A stretch of DNA of 64,000 nt from an uncultured Nitrososphaerota archaeon (GTDB lineage: Archaea; Thermoproteota; Nitrososphaeria; Nitrososphaerales; CADDZS01), in NCBI GenBank assembly GCA_963799845.1, contig CAWCYI010000006.1, forward strand, positions 512,001 to 576,000, in the 5' to 3' direction. The position numbers were made by a program, and so were the translations under genes. Every line of letters starts with the position of its first letter. Positions within the stretch are counted from its first letter, which is position 1. Under the pieces are notes generated by a model. That model was given only the letters and a program-made list of their open reading frames with translations, ran no database searches and was not told the DNA's origin. Shown piece by piece: positions 39,138-49,413 of this stretch.

Positions 39138-40721
39138 TTGGTTCATTCATCTGAATTGCTTCATGGTTCACAGGCGGAATTAACTAAATCTCGTGAACAA
39201 GTTCCAACCGGCGTCGCTGGATTAGATGATTTGATCGAAGGAGGTCTGCCTGCTCGTAGCATGGTTGTTCTGGGAGGACGACCGGGCACGGGAAAGACCT
39301 TGTTAGCAGCGCGGTTCTTGTATGAAGGAGCAACCCATGATGAACCATCGGTTTATGTTTCATTTGCCGAGAGCAAAGCACAATTCCTGTCAAACATGGC
39401 AAAGTTTGGTTTTGATTTTCAAAAGTTAATTAATACTGGAAAGTTCGAATTTATAGATCTCACAACTGTAGCTGGAGAAGCTGTCTCTGAAGCTCTGGAC
39501 TTGATTCTAAGTCAGCTGACTGAGATGAGGGCAAAGAGGCTTGTCGTCGATTCGTTCACAGCTCTTGCTCAGGGGTTTGAAAAGGTGATAGACGCAAGGA
39601 TTGCGCTTCATGTCATTCTAGGAAGGCTTGTAAGGGAAGAAGGTTGTACCACATTGCTTCTGGTAGAGATGCCATTTGGAACAGACAAAATTGGTCTTGG
39701 TATTGAAGAGTTTGTCGCAGATGGTATTATCATGCTGGATTTCGTGAACCACAAAGGAGGACCCCAACGAACGATCAACATCAAGAAGATGCGCGGCACT
39801 CAAATCAGGCTGGATACCAGCACTTATTCGATTTCTTCGAAAGATAGTTTTCTAGTGTTCCCAGCTATCGAGCTGTCCATGAAGCAAGGTTTGGGAGACA
39901 GCAGAATTCCGACACACATTCCAGGATTTGATGAACTGATAGAGGGCGGTTTTCTCGAAAGGAGTGTCTCGGCGTTGACGGGCGTCGCGGGAACTGGAAA
40001 GACAACATTTGCACTGGAGTACATTTACAATGGAGCAAAAGACGAGGACGAGAAGGGGCTTTTCATCTCTTACGGAGAGTCGAAGGATCAGCTTGAAGTG
40101 ATCGCGCGGAAATTGAGCATGAATAAATTAGACGAGATGACTAAAGAGGGTCTCGTCACAATCGCCGGCATTATTCCGGAGAAAGCTTCAATCGAAGCGC
40201 ATGTGGTCGAAGTGCAAAGATTAATCTCCGAAACAAATGCAAAGAGAGTTGTTCTCGATGACGTAACTGGACTGCAGGCAATTTGCACAGACGACGAGTT
40301 TTACTTTTTGATGAAAAATCTAACACAGCTAGCAAAATCGAAGGGAGCGACTGTGTTGTTAACTCTCACGACGAATGAACTTGCAGGATTTTCAATTACG
40401 GGAAAGGGTCTTTCGACTGTTATGGATAACATCATTTTGATGCGATATGTTGAGGTCGAGGGTCGTATGGATAGATCGATGATTTTGCTAAAGATGCGCG
40501 GGACAATGCATGATAACACTATCAAGAAATTCAGCATACGCACGGGAGGAATTGTAATGGAAGGAAGCTTTGTAGGATACATTGGGATACTTTCCAGTTC
40601 TGCAAGAAAAAGCATCGAAAAGTTTGAAGAATCGGAAAGAGAAATAGCAAAACAAGAAAGTGATGCTAGATCAAAAAGAAGGCAAGCCTTCGACCAGAAA
40701 ATGAAAGACGAAGCCCATTAG
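39138..40721 (+). CDS. double-domain KaiC/RAD55 family ATPase
   Basis: two Walker A motifs (GRPGTGKT, GVAGTGKT), two KMRG motifs, LSTVMDNIILMRYVE. Confidence 0.93.
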   Translation: MVHSSELLHGSQAELTKSREQVPTGVAGLDDLIEGGLPARSMVVLGGRPGTGKTLLAARFLYEGATHDEPSVYVSFAESKAQFLSNMAKFGFDFQKLINTGKFEFIDLTTVAGEAVSEALDLILSQLTEMRAKRLVVDSFTALAQGFEKVIDARIALHVILGRLVREEGCTTLLLVEMPFGTDKIGLGIEEFVADGIIMLDFVNHKGGPQRTINIKKMRGTQIRLDTSTYSISSKDSFLVFPAIELSMKQGLGDSRIPTHIPGFDELIEGGFLERSVSALTGVAGTGKTTFALEYIYNGAKDEDEKGLFISYGESKDQLEVIARKLSMNKLDEMTKEGLVTIAGIIPEKASIEAHVVEVQRLISETNAKRVVLDDVTGLQAICTDDEFYFLMKNLTQLAKSKGATVLLTLTTNELAGFSITGKGLSTVMDNIILMRYVEVEGRMDRSMILLKMRGTMHDNTIKKFSIRTGGIVMEGSFVGYIGILSSSARKSIEKFEESEREIAKQESDARSKRRQAFDQKMKDEAH

Positions 40722-40860
40722 TTACCAAACCGCAGGAACTCGAAAGCCTGTCAGCATAACGCCACTCTCGGGGGCAAAAATTATAGAGAGCGATGCTTGT
40801 ACGGCAATCTAAGTGCGAGTCTAGACCGTTGGTGATTTAGCCGTTCAGGAATTTAGGGTA

Positions 40861-41172
40861 ATGTATTCCGAGGCGTTAACGTATGGATTTTTGGCTTTGG
40901 GTAGACAACTTGCAAATGTGGTGAGTGATTATCTGGCAAGAAAATACGATCTGACTCCGGTTGAAACATACAAGAATCCAAAACTGATCTATGAAGCCCT
41001 CGAGAAAAGCTTAGGATATGGCTCCATTATTATTGAGACGAGGATAATAAAATCCCTATATTCACAACTTTCTTTGCCTATGGAAGGCCAGCCAAGGATA
41101 CGAATGGGTCATCCTGAAGATTTCGAGAAATACGTCTTTGAGCTTCAAGCAAAAGTTCAAGGAAGCTCTTGA
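40861..41172 (+). CDS. KaiC-associated small protein (DUF3227-like)
   Basis: ALEKSLGYGSIIIETRIIKSLYSQL pattern; directly downstream of kaiC. Confidence 0.6.
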   Translation: MYSEALTYGFLALGRQLANVVSDYLARKYDLTPVETYKNPKLIYEALEKSLGYGSIIIETRIIKSLYSQLSLPMEGQPRIRMGHPEDFEKYVFELQAKVQGSS

Positions 41173-41239
41173 GATCTTGGCGAAGTCGCATTTCTACTCA
41201 ATGAGTATCAATAGGGCGTTTCTACGATGATGTAGCGTA

Positions 41240-41812
41240 TCAATTCCGTTTCGATCTTATAGCTATTATGGTGCAACCCAGCTGCGACACCTGCGTATCA
41301 GTCTGCATCTCCAGGAATGAAGATAGAATACCAGAGAGGTATTCTGACAAGAATATCGACCACTTCATTCCAAAAGAATGCCTAACGTTGATTTCAAGAT
41401 GGCCGTCATCTTCATCGATCAGTATGTTCGTCTCGCCGATGTTGGAATTAGATGATAGAGTTTCAAGAAAATCCATAACTGTCTCGAAGTTGATTTTTTG
41501 ATACCGAAATTTGAGAAAGTTATGTGCCGATACCAAAGATGAGCTTCTGGCAATTTCGATTAATCTATCTTCGCTCATCTCATCCAAAAAAGATGTGAAT
41601 ATTTCCCTATCAATTGTAAGAAATGATGTTCCTATGCCTATGTACTGGCCCCATTCAATGTGTCTACGAAGTATTTGGCTTACGAGGCTGCTCGGAGTAA
41701 TGCCGATCTTCTTAGCTTTGGTCGCTATCGCAGCATCCAAATTCTCCTCGATCTTGTACGCTCTGGTGACCTTCTTTCGTCCTTGTTTCAGACTTCCCTC
41801 GCGAAGTACCAA
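41240..41812 (-). CDS. ribbon-helix-helix regulator with C-terminal ligand-binding-like domain
   Basis: VTRAYKIEENL..GITPSSLVSQILRRH; HSFGMKWS. Confidence 0.7.
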   Translation of the reverse strand: MVLREGSLKQGRKKVTRAYKIEENLDAAIATKAKKIGITPSSLVSQILRRHIEWGQYIGIGTSFLTIDREIFTSFLDEMSEDRLIEIARSSSLVSAHNFLKFRYQKINFETVMDFLETLSSNSNIGETNILIDEDDGHLEINVRHSFGMKWSIFLSEYLSGILSSFLEMQTDTQVSQLGCTIIAIRSKRN

Positions 41813-42589
41813 ATGTCCCTGGGGACATGCGAAATAATTGATATAATTTATGGCTTGCCTTTTCTTCCCTTATCATGTGTTTAGTTCGCTCTACTCCGCA
41901 TTACTTTTGCATCGTCGGATGATTTCGAAATCAATTTGTTCCAGTTGCAGCCATTTTCTTGGAAAATAGTTGAAAACTTGACGGCTATGACTGAATATCT
42001 CACACGACTGCAAGTATCCAGCCAGCCGTGTTATAACTAAGGAGTGCTTTACTCTATACGATTGATGACAAATGGCGACAACAAAAACGATTTTGGCAAC
42101 GTATTCCAAGAAGAGGGTTTCATGTGTGGTAATCACGTGCTACCTGCCCCGACTTGAAGAAAGCGGATTATGCGAGATCATTTTACTTGTATTGCCCGAC
42201 CCATCAACTGATGTATCAAATAGATCTCTCGACTCAGGGTGCGGAATTCATAGCAGAGTTTCCAAGTGGTTGCCGCGCTACAACGTAAGTGACCCACTCT
42301 ATCAGACGTGACGAGCAGGGAAGTTGATCATTCTCTAGATGATTGAATTAAACTTCCATTGCGGGCTTGACAAAATGGCCTAAAGATCACGGAAATAAGT
42401 TCAAAGAGTGTCGTAGAATTGATTCGAAATGCACTTTCGAGCATAGGCGGGAGTTCCTTCAAGAAGTTTCTCAACCAGGCCATATGCATCGACACTCGAA
42501 AATAGCGCGGAATCGACTACGTGAAGAATAAAGTATAGGGAGTGTGGAGAGATGCCACACAACCCTTTTGCCAATCATGTTAGATTGTA

Positions 42590-43066
42590 TTACGCAACCG
42601 GCATTAGTACTCTGTCTATTGGGTAAATTACACCATTGCTGGCTTCGATGTTAGACTTTGTTACTTTTGCATCGTTTACAAACATGCTTTTCTGGATAGT
42701 TCCTTGCGTCTTGAGCGTGACTGAAGATCCTTGCATAGTCTGTACGCTTGGGGTCCTCTTGTCGCCTGTCAAATCGTGGAATTCATTCTCAGTGATCTTG
42801 TGGTCGATTATGTGGTAGGTGACGACGTTCCTCAATTTTGAGGGGTCCTTCATCCATCCGTCCACTGTTCCAGTCGGAAGACTTCTGAATGCATCATCTG
42901 TTGGAGCGAAGACTGTAAATGGTCCCTGACTGTTTAGTGTGTCTGCGAGTGCTGAAACCTCGATCGCCTGAACCAGTGTCTTAAAATCTTCATTTGATTT
43001 TGCTTGGTTTAGGATAGATCGCGACATCTGTTGCTCATTCATTGTGGTTGCTGTTGTGCTTGTCAT
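42590..43066 (-). CDS. fasciclin (FAS1) domain protein
   Basis: GPFTVFAPTDDAF, TYHII, NGVIYPIDRVL; likely ATG at 43066. Confidence 0.93.
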   Translation of the reverse strand: MTSTTATTMNEQQMSRSILNQAKSNEDFKTLVQAIEVSALADTLNSQGPFTVFAPTDDAFRSLPTGTVDGWMKDPSKLRNVVTYHIIDHKITENEFHDLTGDKRTPSVQTMQGSSVTLKTQGTIQKSMFVNDAKVTKSNIEASNGVIYPIDRVLMPVA

Positions 43067-43081
43067 TCGAATTTCACAGTA

Positions 43082-43107
43082 TGTAATAGGCATTACGTAC
43101 TATATAC
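43082..43107 (-). promoter_or_regulatory. TATA box plus GTAAT-N4-ATTAC palindrome upstream of fasciclin
   Basis: 26-bp GTATATAGTACGTAATGCCTATTACA, identical to 56699-56724. Confidence 0.7.
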
Positions 43108-43340
43108 GTCTATGTAATCGATGTATCAAAAGAAGTGCAAAGGAACCAGTGGCTTACCTAATTCGGAAAAATGAACTCCTGAATTAAGGTCTGTCAAGTT
43201 CCAATTTTGGGCTTTCTTCGAACTCAAGTTAGGAAAAGACATTGAACAAGGCGGGATCGATCCAGAGATTACTTCTGTTCGTGGATTACTCCCTCAAATT
43301 TATCAATAATCGGCACAGCAAAACTTTCTAGGCAGCTAGC

Positions 43341-44267
43341 ATGAATTTCACAACGCACGTTATGTTCGGAGTACTGTTGGCGGCCGTATTCTTTGGCAAG
43401 CCTGAGATAATCCTCCTAGTAGCGATTGGTTCGGCGATTCCAGACTTGGACAGAGAATACGGTTTTCTAAGCAAGGAAACCTTTCGCAACGCAGAGGTCC
43501 ATCGAGCTCTATTCCATAACTTCTTGTTTCTCGGATTGCTCTGTCTGATCAATCCATTCCTCGCTCTTGGCGCTTTTCTGCACACATTTCTTGATGCTCT
43601 GACGACGGCCAGAGATAGAGGCGTCGAATGGCTTTTTCCGTTTTCGAGGTTTGTCAAAAGAGCTGCATATGATAACGATGGGAATCGCTTGGATCTCGAT
43701 CCCAATGAGAAAATATACTTCCTTCAAAATGAGATACATATCTTGACAAAGAAGACCACAAAGGACTTGAAACCAAGTGGGCCTTTATTGCCGTGGCGCA
43801 GAACTTACGGTCCGGCATTGTCCGGACGGCTGCTTGATCTGGGTATCTTTGTGGGTTCTCTCGGACTTACGCTTTTGCTTCTTCTCTTTTCTGTTCTTGG
43901 TTTTCACCAGTTCATAGATTTGGCAATCCTTCCTTCTGGACCAGCCTTTTACCTTCCACTCTTGCTCGGCGCCGCCGGGATCATAGTGAACTTTGTCGGG
44001 GGAGAGATTGACAGAAAGAAGCTTGCTAAAAACTTCAAACCTGATCATCTTTACAAGTTCTTTTTTTACCTTTCAACCGGAGACATGATACTCGCAGTAG
44101 CCCTCGGGGCAATAATGAATCCCGAAATCGTGATCTCAACGATGAGAATGATCCCATATATTGCAGCTGGTGTTGCCCTTGTCTTTCTCGTCTCTTTCGT
44201 CATATTGAAAATTTATTCCGCAAAGCCTCTGCCACTGGACGAGACGAAGGAACCGACAATAATTTGA
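43341..44267 (+). CDS. membrane-bound metal-dependent hydrolase (YdjM-like)
   Basis: THVMFG, PDLD, HRALFH, HTFLD plus TM helices. Confidence 0.85.
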   Translation: MNFTTHVMFGVLLAAVFFGKPEIILLVAIGSAIPDLDREYGFLSKETFRNAEVHRALFHNFLFLGLLCLINPFLALGAFLHTFLDALTTARDRGVEWLFPFSRFVKRAAYDNDGNRLDLDPNEKIYFLQNEIHILTKKTTKDLKPSGPLLPWRRTYGPALSGRLLDLGIFVGSLGLTLLLLLFSVLGFHQFIDLAILPSGPAFYLPLLLGAAGIIVNFVGGEIDRKKLAKNFKPDHLYKFFFYLSTGDMILAVALGAIMNPEIVISTMRMIPYIAAGVALVFLVSFVILKIYSAKPLPLDETKEPTII

Positions 44268-44556
44268 TGTAATAAGCAAATTGAACGTCAACAAGAAGCC
44301 TCGTCCCAGATAGTGTCAAAACCAAAACTGAAAGCACATTGTATTCAAACACGGTGATACCCGGTTCACTTTAGACATGAATGGTCAAAATTGCCAGCTA
44401 GAATGAACATCATAGTTTTATGAAGAATTAGCTGGAAGTGGGGTAATTCTTTTTGAATATGCGGATCGGATGGCTGGAGCCAATGTTGAGAACGTCGACC
44501 TTCTGTCTCGCTGCCGTTGACAGGAGAGCAAGACCAAGGATAAGCGGGGCCTCCCA

Positions 44557-44934
44557 ATGTTTCTAGAAGTCGTTAAACTGGTAGTGAATACCATCCTTAA
44601 TGGTGGAGTAAAAGACTCTAATGTTTCAGACCTATCCCTAGAAGTCAAAGAAAAAATGGGTACATATACCCTCGGCATTGGCTCAACGATAGTCCTAGAA
44701 TCCAAAAAGGTGCTAACGCCAAAAGAAAAAAGAAGAAAAAACCTGATCATATCGTTAATAATATCATTGATTTTCATGATTGGGCTCTCTACCATTGGTG
44801 CTTGGCTCCCGGACGCTCAGGCTGGTCTAGGGAGAACATTGATTTTACTGAGTGAAATACCAGCGTTTGCGTACAGTCTTATAAGCACGAGATTCTTGAT
44901 GAAAAAAGCATCGCGCCGTAAAGCTACCAACTGA
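44557..44934 (+). CDS. hypothetical two-TM protein, paralogue of 46863-47216
   Basis: shared LSLE.KE..G.Y.L.I.ST and NLII...ISL..GRTL..LSE.PA. Confidence 0.75.
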   Translation: MFLEVVKLVVNTILNGGVKDSNVSDLSLEVKEKMGTYTLGIGSTIVLESKKVLTPKEKRRKNLIISLIISLIFMIGLSTIGAWLPDAQAGLGRTLILLSEIPAFAYSLISTRFLMKKASRRKATN

Positions 44935-45044
44935 CGCTATCCAAACTTCACCTCAAAGAAAATCCTTTGCAGTAAGCGTAGAGAGATTGGACTGATGCGA
45001 GGATCGATATCGGGCACGGAAATTGTTCCCTTGATTCGATCGGT

Positions 45045-45527
45045 CTATTTGCCCGTTGCCGGAAAAGATGCAAAGTAATTTGAAGAGCTTTTCCGTCCGA
45101 TTGTCTCTATCACTTCGGTCCAGACCACGTCTCTCACGCCTCTCATGGCCTTCACATCTTCAAGCAGATTGAGCAAAACGCCGTTATCCTTTACGAAGAC
45201 TTCGACACGCAAATCGATTGTGTGTTCTCCGATTGTTCTTGCCGCGTACACTACCTCGTCACGCTTCAAAAGCTCCTTTCCGAGCTCAATTGTAGCGCCC
45301 CCTGTGGTATATATGAGAAGATCCACTCTCCTATATCCGAACTTCATCGGATCAAGCGCGTAAGTTTTTATGAGATAGTCAGACTCAAGTCTTTTCCGCG
45401 CTCTCTGAACAGTGCTCAAGGGGACTCCGAGTTCCAGAGAGATTTCATGCGTTGGCATTTTTCCTTCAGAGCCAAGCAGGAGCCGTAGAATCTTGCCATC
45501 TGTTTCTGAGAATTGCGAAATCATCAT
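45045..45527 (-). CDS. Lrp/AsnC family regulator (copy 1)
   Basis: HTH EISLELGVPLSTVQRARKRLE plus RAM-like domain. Confidence 0.9.
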   Translation of the reverse strand: MMISQFSETDGKILRLLLGSEGKMPTHEISLELGVPLSTVQRARKRLESDYLIKTYALDPMKFGYRRVDLLIYTTGGATIELGKELLKRDEVVYAARTIGEHTIDLRVEVFVKDNGVLLNLLEDVKAMRGVRDVVWTEVIETIGRKSSSNYFASFPATGK

Positions 45528-45550
45528 GAATTCTTACCTCTTTCAAACAT

Positions 45551-45709
45551 CTAATGCCAACGGCTCAAAATTGTCATTGAAAGTGCGTTGCATCTATTGC
45601 ACTGCACAGTAAATTGAATTCCAGCGCCCATCTCCTTGAGTTCCTTAACGTTCCACTCGTGTGAGAGATAGTGATCAGCCAAGGCTTTAGGATTCTGTTG
45701 CACTTCCAT
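45551..45709 (-). CDS. small putative zinc-binding protein (52 aa)
   Basis: HYLSH...CNRC; lies just upstream of Lrp copy 1. Confidence 0.5.
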   Translation of the reverse strand: MEVQQNPKALADHYLSHEWNVKELKEMGAGIQFTVQCNRCNALSMTILSRWH

Positions 45710-46048
45710 CTGGACCTCTGAAAGCTTTGGAATCGAACATTGCGTTATTTTTCCGGAATTGTGATACTCTGGCGTTATCAATTTTTAGACTATCTTGATA
45801 GCAGCACGGCTTGAATGAAAGCTAGGAGTTCAATAATCGTCCGAAAAAAGAGATAATCCGCATAAATTGAATCCTAGATGAATAGAAATAGGATTAAGTC
45901 TCGGTCTATTTGGGCAATTTGTTCATTTCAATGATTCGTTTTGGCAATAGACTAATCTTCCTCTCTCGAACGGAGTTTTCCCCTGCTCCTGGTAGGGACT
46001 TACTAAACTTGCCAGAACCTAAGATAAGAAATGGATGCCATTCATATG

Positions 46049-46354
46049 TTACTGGTTTGCTTGAACTTGTGAAGAAGTTTCTAGAGTTCCAACAAGCGTC
46101 ATCAAGTCCTCTTTGCTAGTCTTTAACGCGACTTTGTCTCCTATTCCCTGCACGTGCGTCACATCAATTGGAATATGCGTACTGCGGAAGACTTTCCTCA
46201 TCTCGAACTCTTTAGCCACGTCTCCATCAAGCTGGACATCCAAAGATCCAATCTTCCAAGTCTTTTCATCGAACATTACGTTCTTTACTGTCCCTATCAC
46301 CCAGCCATTTAGTCCAATCACTTCTTTGTCCATCAAGTCAAGTATGTTCATCAT
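46049..46354 (-). CDS. PRC-barrel domain protein
   Basis: DLMDKEVI..GWVIGTVKNVMFD..VQGIGDKV. Confidence 0.9.
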   Translation of the reverse strand: MMNILDLMDKEVIGLNGWVIGTVKNVMFDEKTWKIGSLDVQLDGDVAKEFEMRKVFRSTHIPIDVTHVQGIGDKVALKTSKEDLMTLVGTLETSSQVQANQ

Positions 46355-46486
46355 TTACCAAGCTCAGCCCTCAGTTGATCCTCGCTATCGGATAAGGCTT
46401 ACTCTCTTCCAATTTGTTCAGGACAAGTCTAGAACTGCTAACAAGCTAAAACGGATCTCCGGATGTCTTCTTGTCGGAGTGATCTG

Positions 46487-46771
46487 TCAAGAGACTTCCG
46501 AGGCTGCGAGCAGACCCATTAATTCTTCCTTGCTAACCTTCAGCGTAACCTTGTCTCCGATTCCTTGCACAATATTCACGTCTAATGGAATACGATAATT
46601 TCGAAAGACCTTCTTCATTTCAAATTCCCTTGCCACATTTTCATCAAGCTGGACATCAAGTGATCCAACTTCCCATGCTTTTTCATCAAACATTACATTC
46701 TTGATGGTCCCGATCAACGAACCATTCAATTCAACAATTTCTTTGCCCAACAAATCCATCATGTCCATCAT
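46487..46771 (-). CDS. PRC-barrel domain protein (tandem paralogue)
   Basis: DLLGKEIV..GSLIGTIKNVMFD..VQGIGDKV. Confidence 0.9.
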   Translation of the reverse strand: MMDMMDLLGKEIVELNGSLIGTIKNVMFDEKAWEVGSLDVQLDENVAREFEMKKVFRNYRIPLDVNIVQGIGDKVTLKVSKEELMGLLAASEVS

Positions 46772-46862
46772 TTAGGAACTCACTTTGCGTTGAAACTTGC
46801 CGTCCGATAAGGCTTTGGAATGGGAGTCATTCGAGTGATGCGACGTCATCCAAATTAAGGGA

Positions 46863-47216
46863 TCAAGAAATGTTTCTAATTATGTACCGCGTGCTGATGA
46901 TGTTGACTAAAATCGCTGGGAATTCGCTCAAATAGACAAGCGTTCGACCAAAAACTGCATCTGGAAGTAAGGTTCCAACCACGGCCAGCGCAACCCAAAT
47001 GGACAGAGAGATGAAAAATACTATAATCAAATTCCTACTTCCCGTATATCTACGTACTAGTTCCCCTTTTGTTGCAACAAGCACTGTCGAGTTAATATCG
47101 AGAACGTACTTTCCATCGGTCTCCTTGAGTTCGAGAGACAAATTTGTAATCTCAGAGTCTGTAATTATGAGATGAAGCCAGAAGTTCAAAACCATTTTTG
47201 AGAGCCTTGCGAACAA
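46863..47216 (-). CDS. hypothetical two-TM protein, paralogue of 44557-44934
   Basis: see paralogue. Confidence 0.7.
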   Translation of the reverse strand: MFARLSKMVLNFWLHLIITDSEITNLSLELKETDGKYVLDINSTVLVATKGELVRRYTGSRNLIIVFFISLSIWVALAVVGTLLPDAVFGRTLVYLSEFPAILVNIISTRYIIRNIS

Positions 47217-47586
47217 ATGACCATTACCTAGATGTTCATTGCATTTTCCTTATGTCACAGATTACTAAAACTAGGCTGGTGGACGTTTTTCAAATCCTCG
47301 AGGGCCTCATGATTGACGGTCGATTCTGGCAATGCTGAAATCATTCTCCCAACTAATTCTTGATTCACGGTAGAACTACTTAATGCCATCGGCGAATACG
47401 TGCGCATGTAGCAGTTTTGAGTGGCAAGACACTGCTTAATGTGAACGATCTAGTCAAATATTATACCCCCAATGAGCCGTGATCTCACAAATCATTAGAG
47501 AGTCTTCGCAATTGAGCATTCTTGGGCTTCTCGAATGATACTACGCCAATATAGTACCTAGTGCCCATAAGAGGTGGTCTTATTTT

Positions 47587-47838
47587 ATGACAACAACAAC
47601 GCAAAAAGCAACGGAAACTATGGAGAACGTCGGCAAAAGTGTTCACCATCAGACGGAGAAACTAAACGATTCTTTGGACACTGTGAGAAAACAATTAGTT
47701 ACTTATGGGGACGAGATTCAAGAGTACCTAGGGAAAGTCGACGCTAAAGTCGATGCGTGGAAGTTTTCCATCGAGAAGCAAAATGAAGGACTTATCGTGG
47801 ACATCGCGTTCCGTGCGACGATACATCCGAAAAGGTAG
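47587..47838 (+). CDS. hypothetical protein, paralogue of 52429-52710
   Basis: shared Q.YL.KVDAK.D..KF..EK..EGL.VD..FRAT.HPK. Confidence 0.8.
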   Translation: MTTTTQKATETMENVGKSVHHQTEKLNDSLDTVRKQLVTYGDEIQEYLGKVDAKVDAWKFSIEKQNEGLIVDIAFRATIHPKR

Positions 47839-47888
47839 ACTGAATCATTTGCTGGGATTAACGGATAAACAAGAGAAGATAGAGTAGC

Positions 47889-48011
47889 ATGATATTCTCA
47901 TTAAGAAAGAAAAATAACAAGAGCGGGATCGGAACTCTAGGCGTCATAGTAGTTGTGGTGCTTGTAATAATCGTTCTCGCATGGTTCGGGTTCGGCGGAC
48001 TGCATCTCTAA
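47889..48011 (+). CDS. 40-aa class III signal-peptide micro-pilin-like protein (copy 1)
   Basis: MIFSLRKKNNKSG|IGTLGVIVVVVLVIIVLAWFGFGGLHL; paralogue at 53417-53539. Confidence 0.75.
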   Translation: MIFSLRKKNNKSGIGTLGVIVVVVLVIIVLAWFGFGGLHL

Positions 48012-48016
48012 ACCTT

Positions 48017-48035
48017 AGAGACGCTCTCTTTTTTT
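48017..48035 (+). terminator. short hairpin plus T7 tract after the micro-pilin
   Basis: AGAGACGCTCTCTTTTTTT. Confidence 0.5.
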
Positions 48036-48445
48036 GCACCACCTTCGGTGGGCCTTGTGCGCGCTGACGCAAGGCGTATGTGATCCTAACGAGATTTAGA
48101 AGCTACCTCTAGTGACAACTTTTTTTCTTGGAGAATAATAATCAGAAAGACGTCAATCTAAAATCCGTTCAACTTTGACCTAACAAGTAGCGGAAAGCAC
48201 TGAATCTCAAATTTTCTCGAATAAACCTGAGAATCCTCCAATTTCATATTCTTGTCTACCAGGCGAAATCTGCGAATTTACTTCCAACGGGAGAATATCG
48301 AGATTTCATAATCTTCCGATGTCTGGTGGTTAGCTGGTTCTCATTAGTCCGAATTCCTTTCGCTCGGATCACGCTCTCAAATTTGATAATCGTATCTTGG
48401 CTTTAAGAGAGGCCTTGGTCCATAGTTCTCGTTGAGTGATTAAGC

Positions 48446-49114
48446 ATGATATTCAACGGGCTTGAACAAATGACTAAGCATTTGCAGCTTTCCGAAGAAG
48501 ACAGGAAAATGTTAAAGCTTCTAGTTGATTCCGGGGGAAAAATATCATCGTTCGAAATATCTCAACAATTTGGAGTCTCATTGAGCACTGTTCAGCGGAG
48601 GCGGAAGAAACTCGAAGATACTTATTTCATAAGAACTTACTCGCTGGACCCCGTGAAGCTCGGATATCGAAGGATCGAGCTTCTGATATACACAGTAGGT
48701 GGCACTACGATCGATATCGGAATGGAACTTCTGAAGCGTGAAGAGGTGACTTCCGTATTCAGAACTTTGGGAGAGCATGCGATTGACCTACGCGTTGAAG
48801 TCTTCGTGAAGGATAATGCAGCTTTGCTCGATCTTCTTGACCAGGTAAGAGCTATGAAAGGAGTCAAGGATGTAATCTGGACTGAAATTTTCGAGCCCAT
48901 GGATATGACGAGTGCTACAAATCGTGTCTCCAGGGGGAATGAGGTAGAACCACGGCCTGCCAACCTAGCTAAGAGCGAATTGAAAACGTATGAGAGATAT
49001 GCGTCTATCGCCCTTCCTGAAATCCCTGCCCACTCGAACTTTGCACTAGATCTTCCTGAACGATCCACTGAGGAATTGAAAATTCTGGAAAGAATTAATG
49101 TAATCGGGCAATGA
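48446..49114 (+). CDS. Lrp/AsnC family regulator (copy 2) with C-terminal extension
   Basis: EISQQFGVSLSTVQRRRKKLE; RTLGEHAIDLRVE. Confidence 0.9.
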   Translation: MIFNGLEQMTKHLQLSEEDRKMLKLLVDSGGKISSFEISQQFGVSLSTVQRRRKKLEDTYFIRTYSLDPVKLGYRRIELLIYTVGGTTIDIGMELLKREEVTSVFRTLGEHAIDLRVEVFVKDNAALLDLLDQVRAMKGVKDVIWTEIFEPMDMTSATNRVSRGNEVEPRPANLAKSELKTYERYASIALPEIPAHSNFALDLPERSTEELKILERINVIGQ

Positions 49115-49413
49115 ATTTTTTTGAATAGATATCTGAGAAAATAAAAGTTGGCCGGAGGGCATCAAAAACAACGGACGGGAAGAGGATTTCTCATTTCATG
49201 GATTTTCAGAAGAAAGTGATCTGGGAACTAGCGCTGGAAATGCCTCGGTTCGACTCAGGTCAGTCAAGTTGATCGCAAAAGGAATCTTACTGTCACTTTC
49301 TAGTCATATCAAACGATGGTCGGTGATTGTTTCGTCAGTTTTTAGCCATTATTTGAACAGTTCATTATTATAGATCCTACGCGGTCTGATCAACACAGGT
49401 AATGTGAAAATTT

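Noticed and set aside
39138-40721. Complete circadian clock
   Set aside because: No kaiA or kaiB in the window; KaiC-like ATPases are common in archaea without clocks.
43067-43093. ORF-track start of fasciclin 1 at 43093
   Set aside because: This ATG lies inside the conserved promoter palindrome; 43066 fits the promoter spacing and the paralogue.
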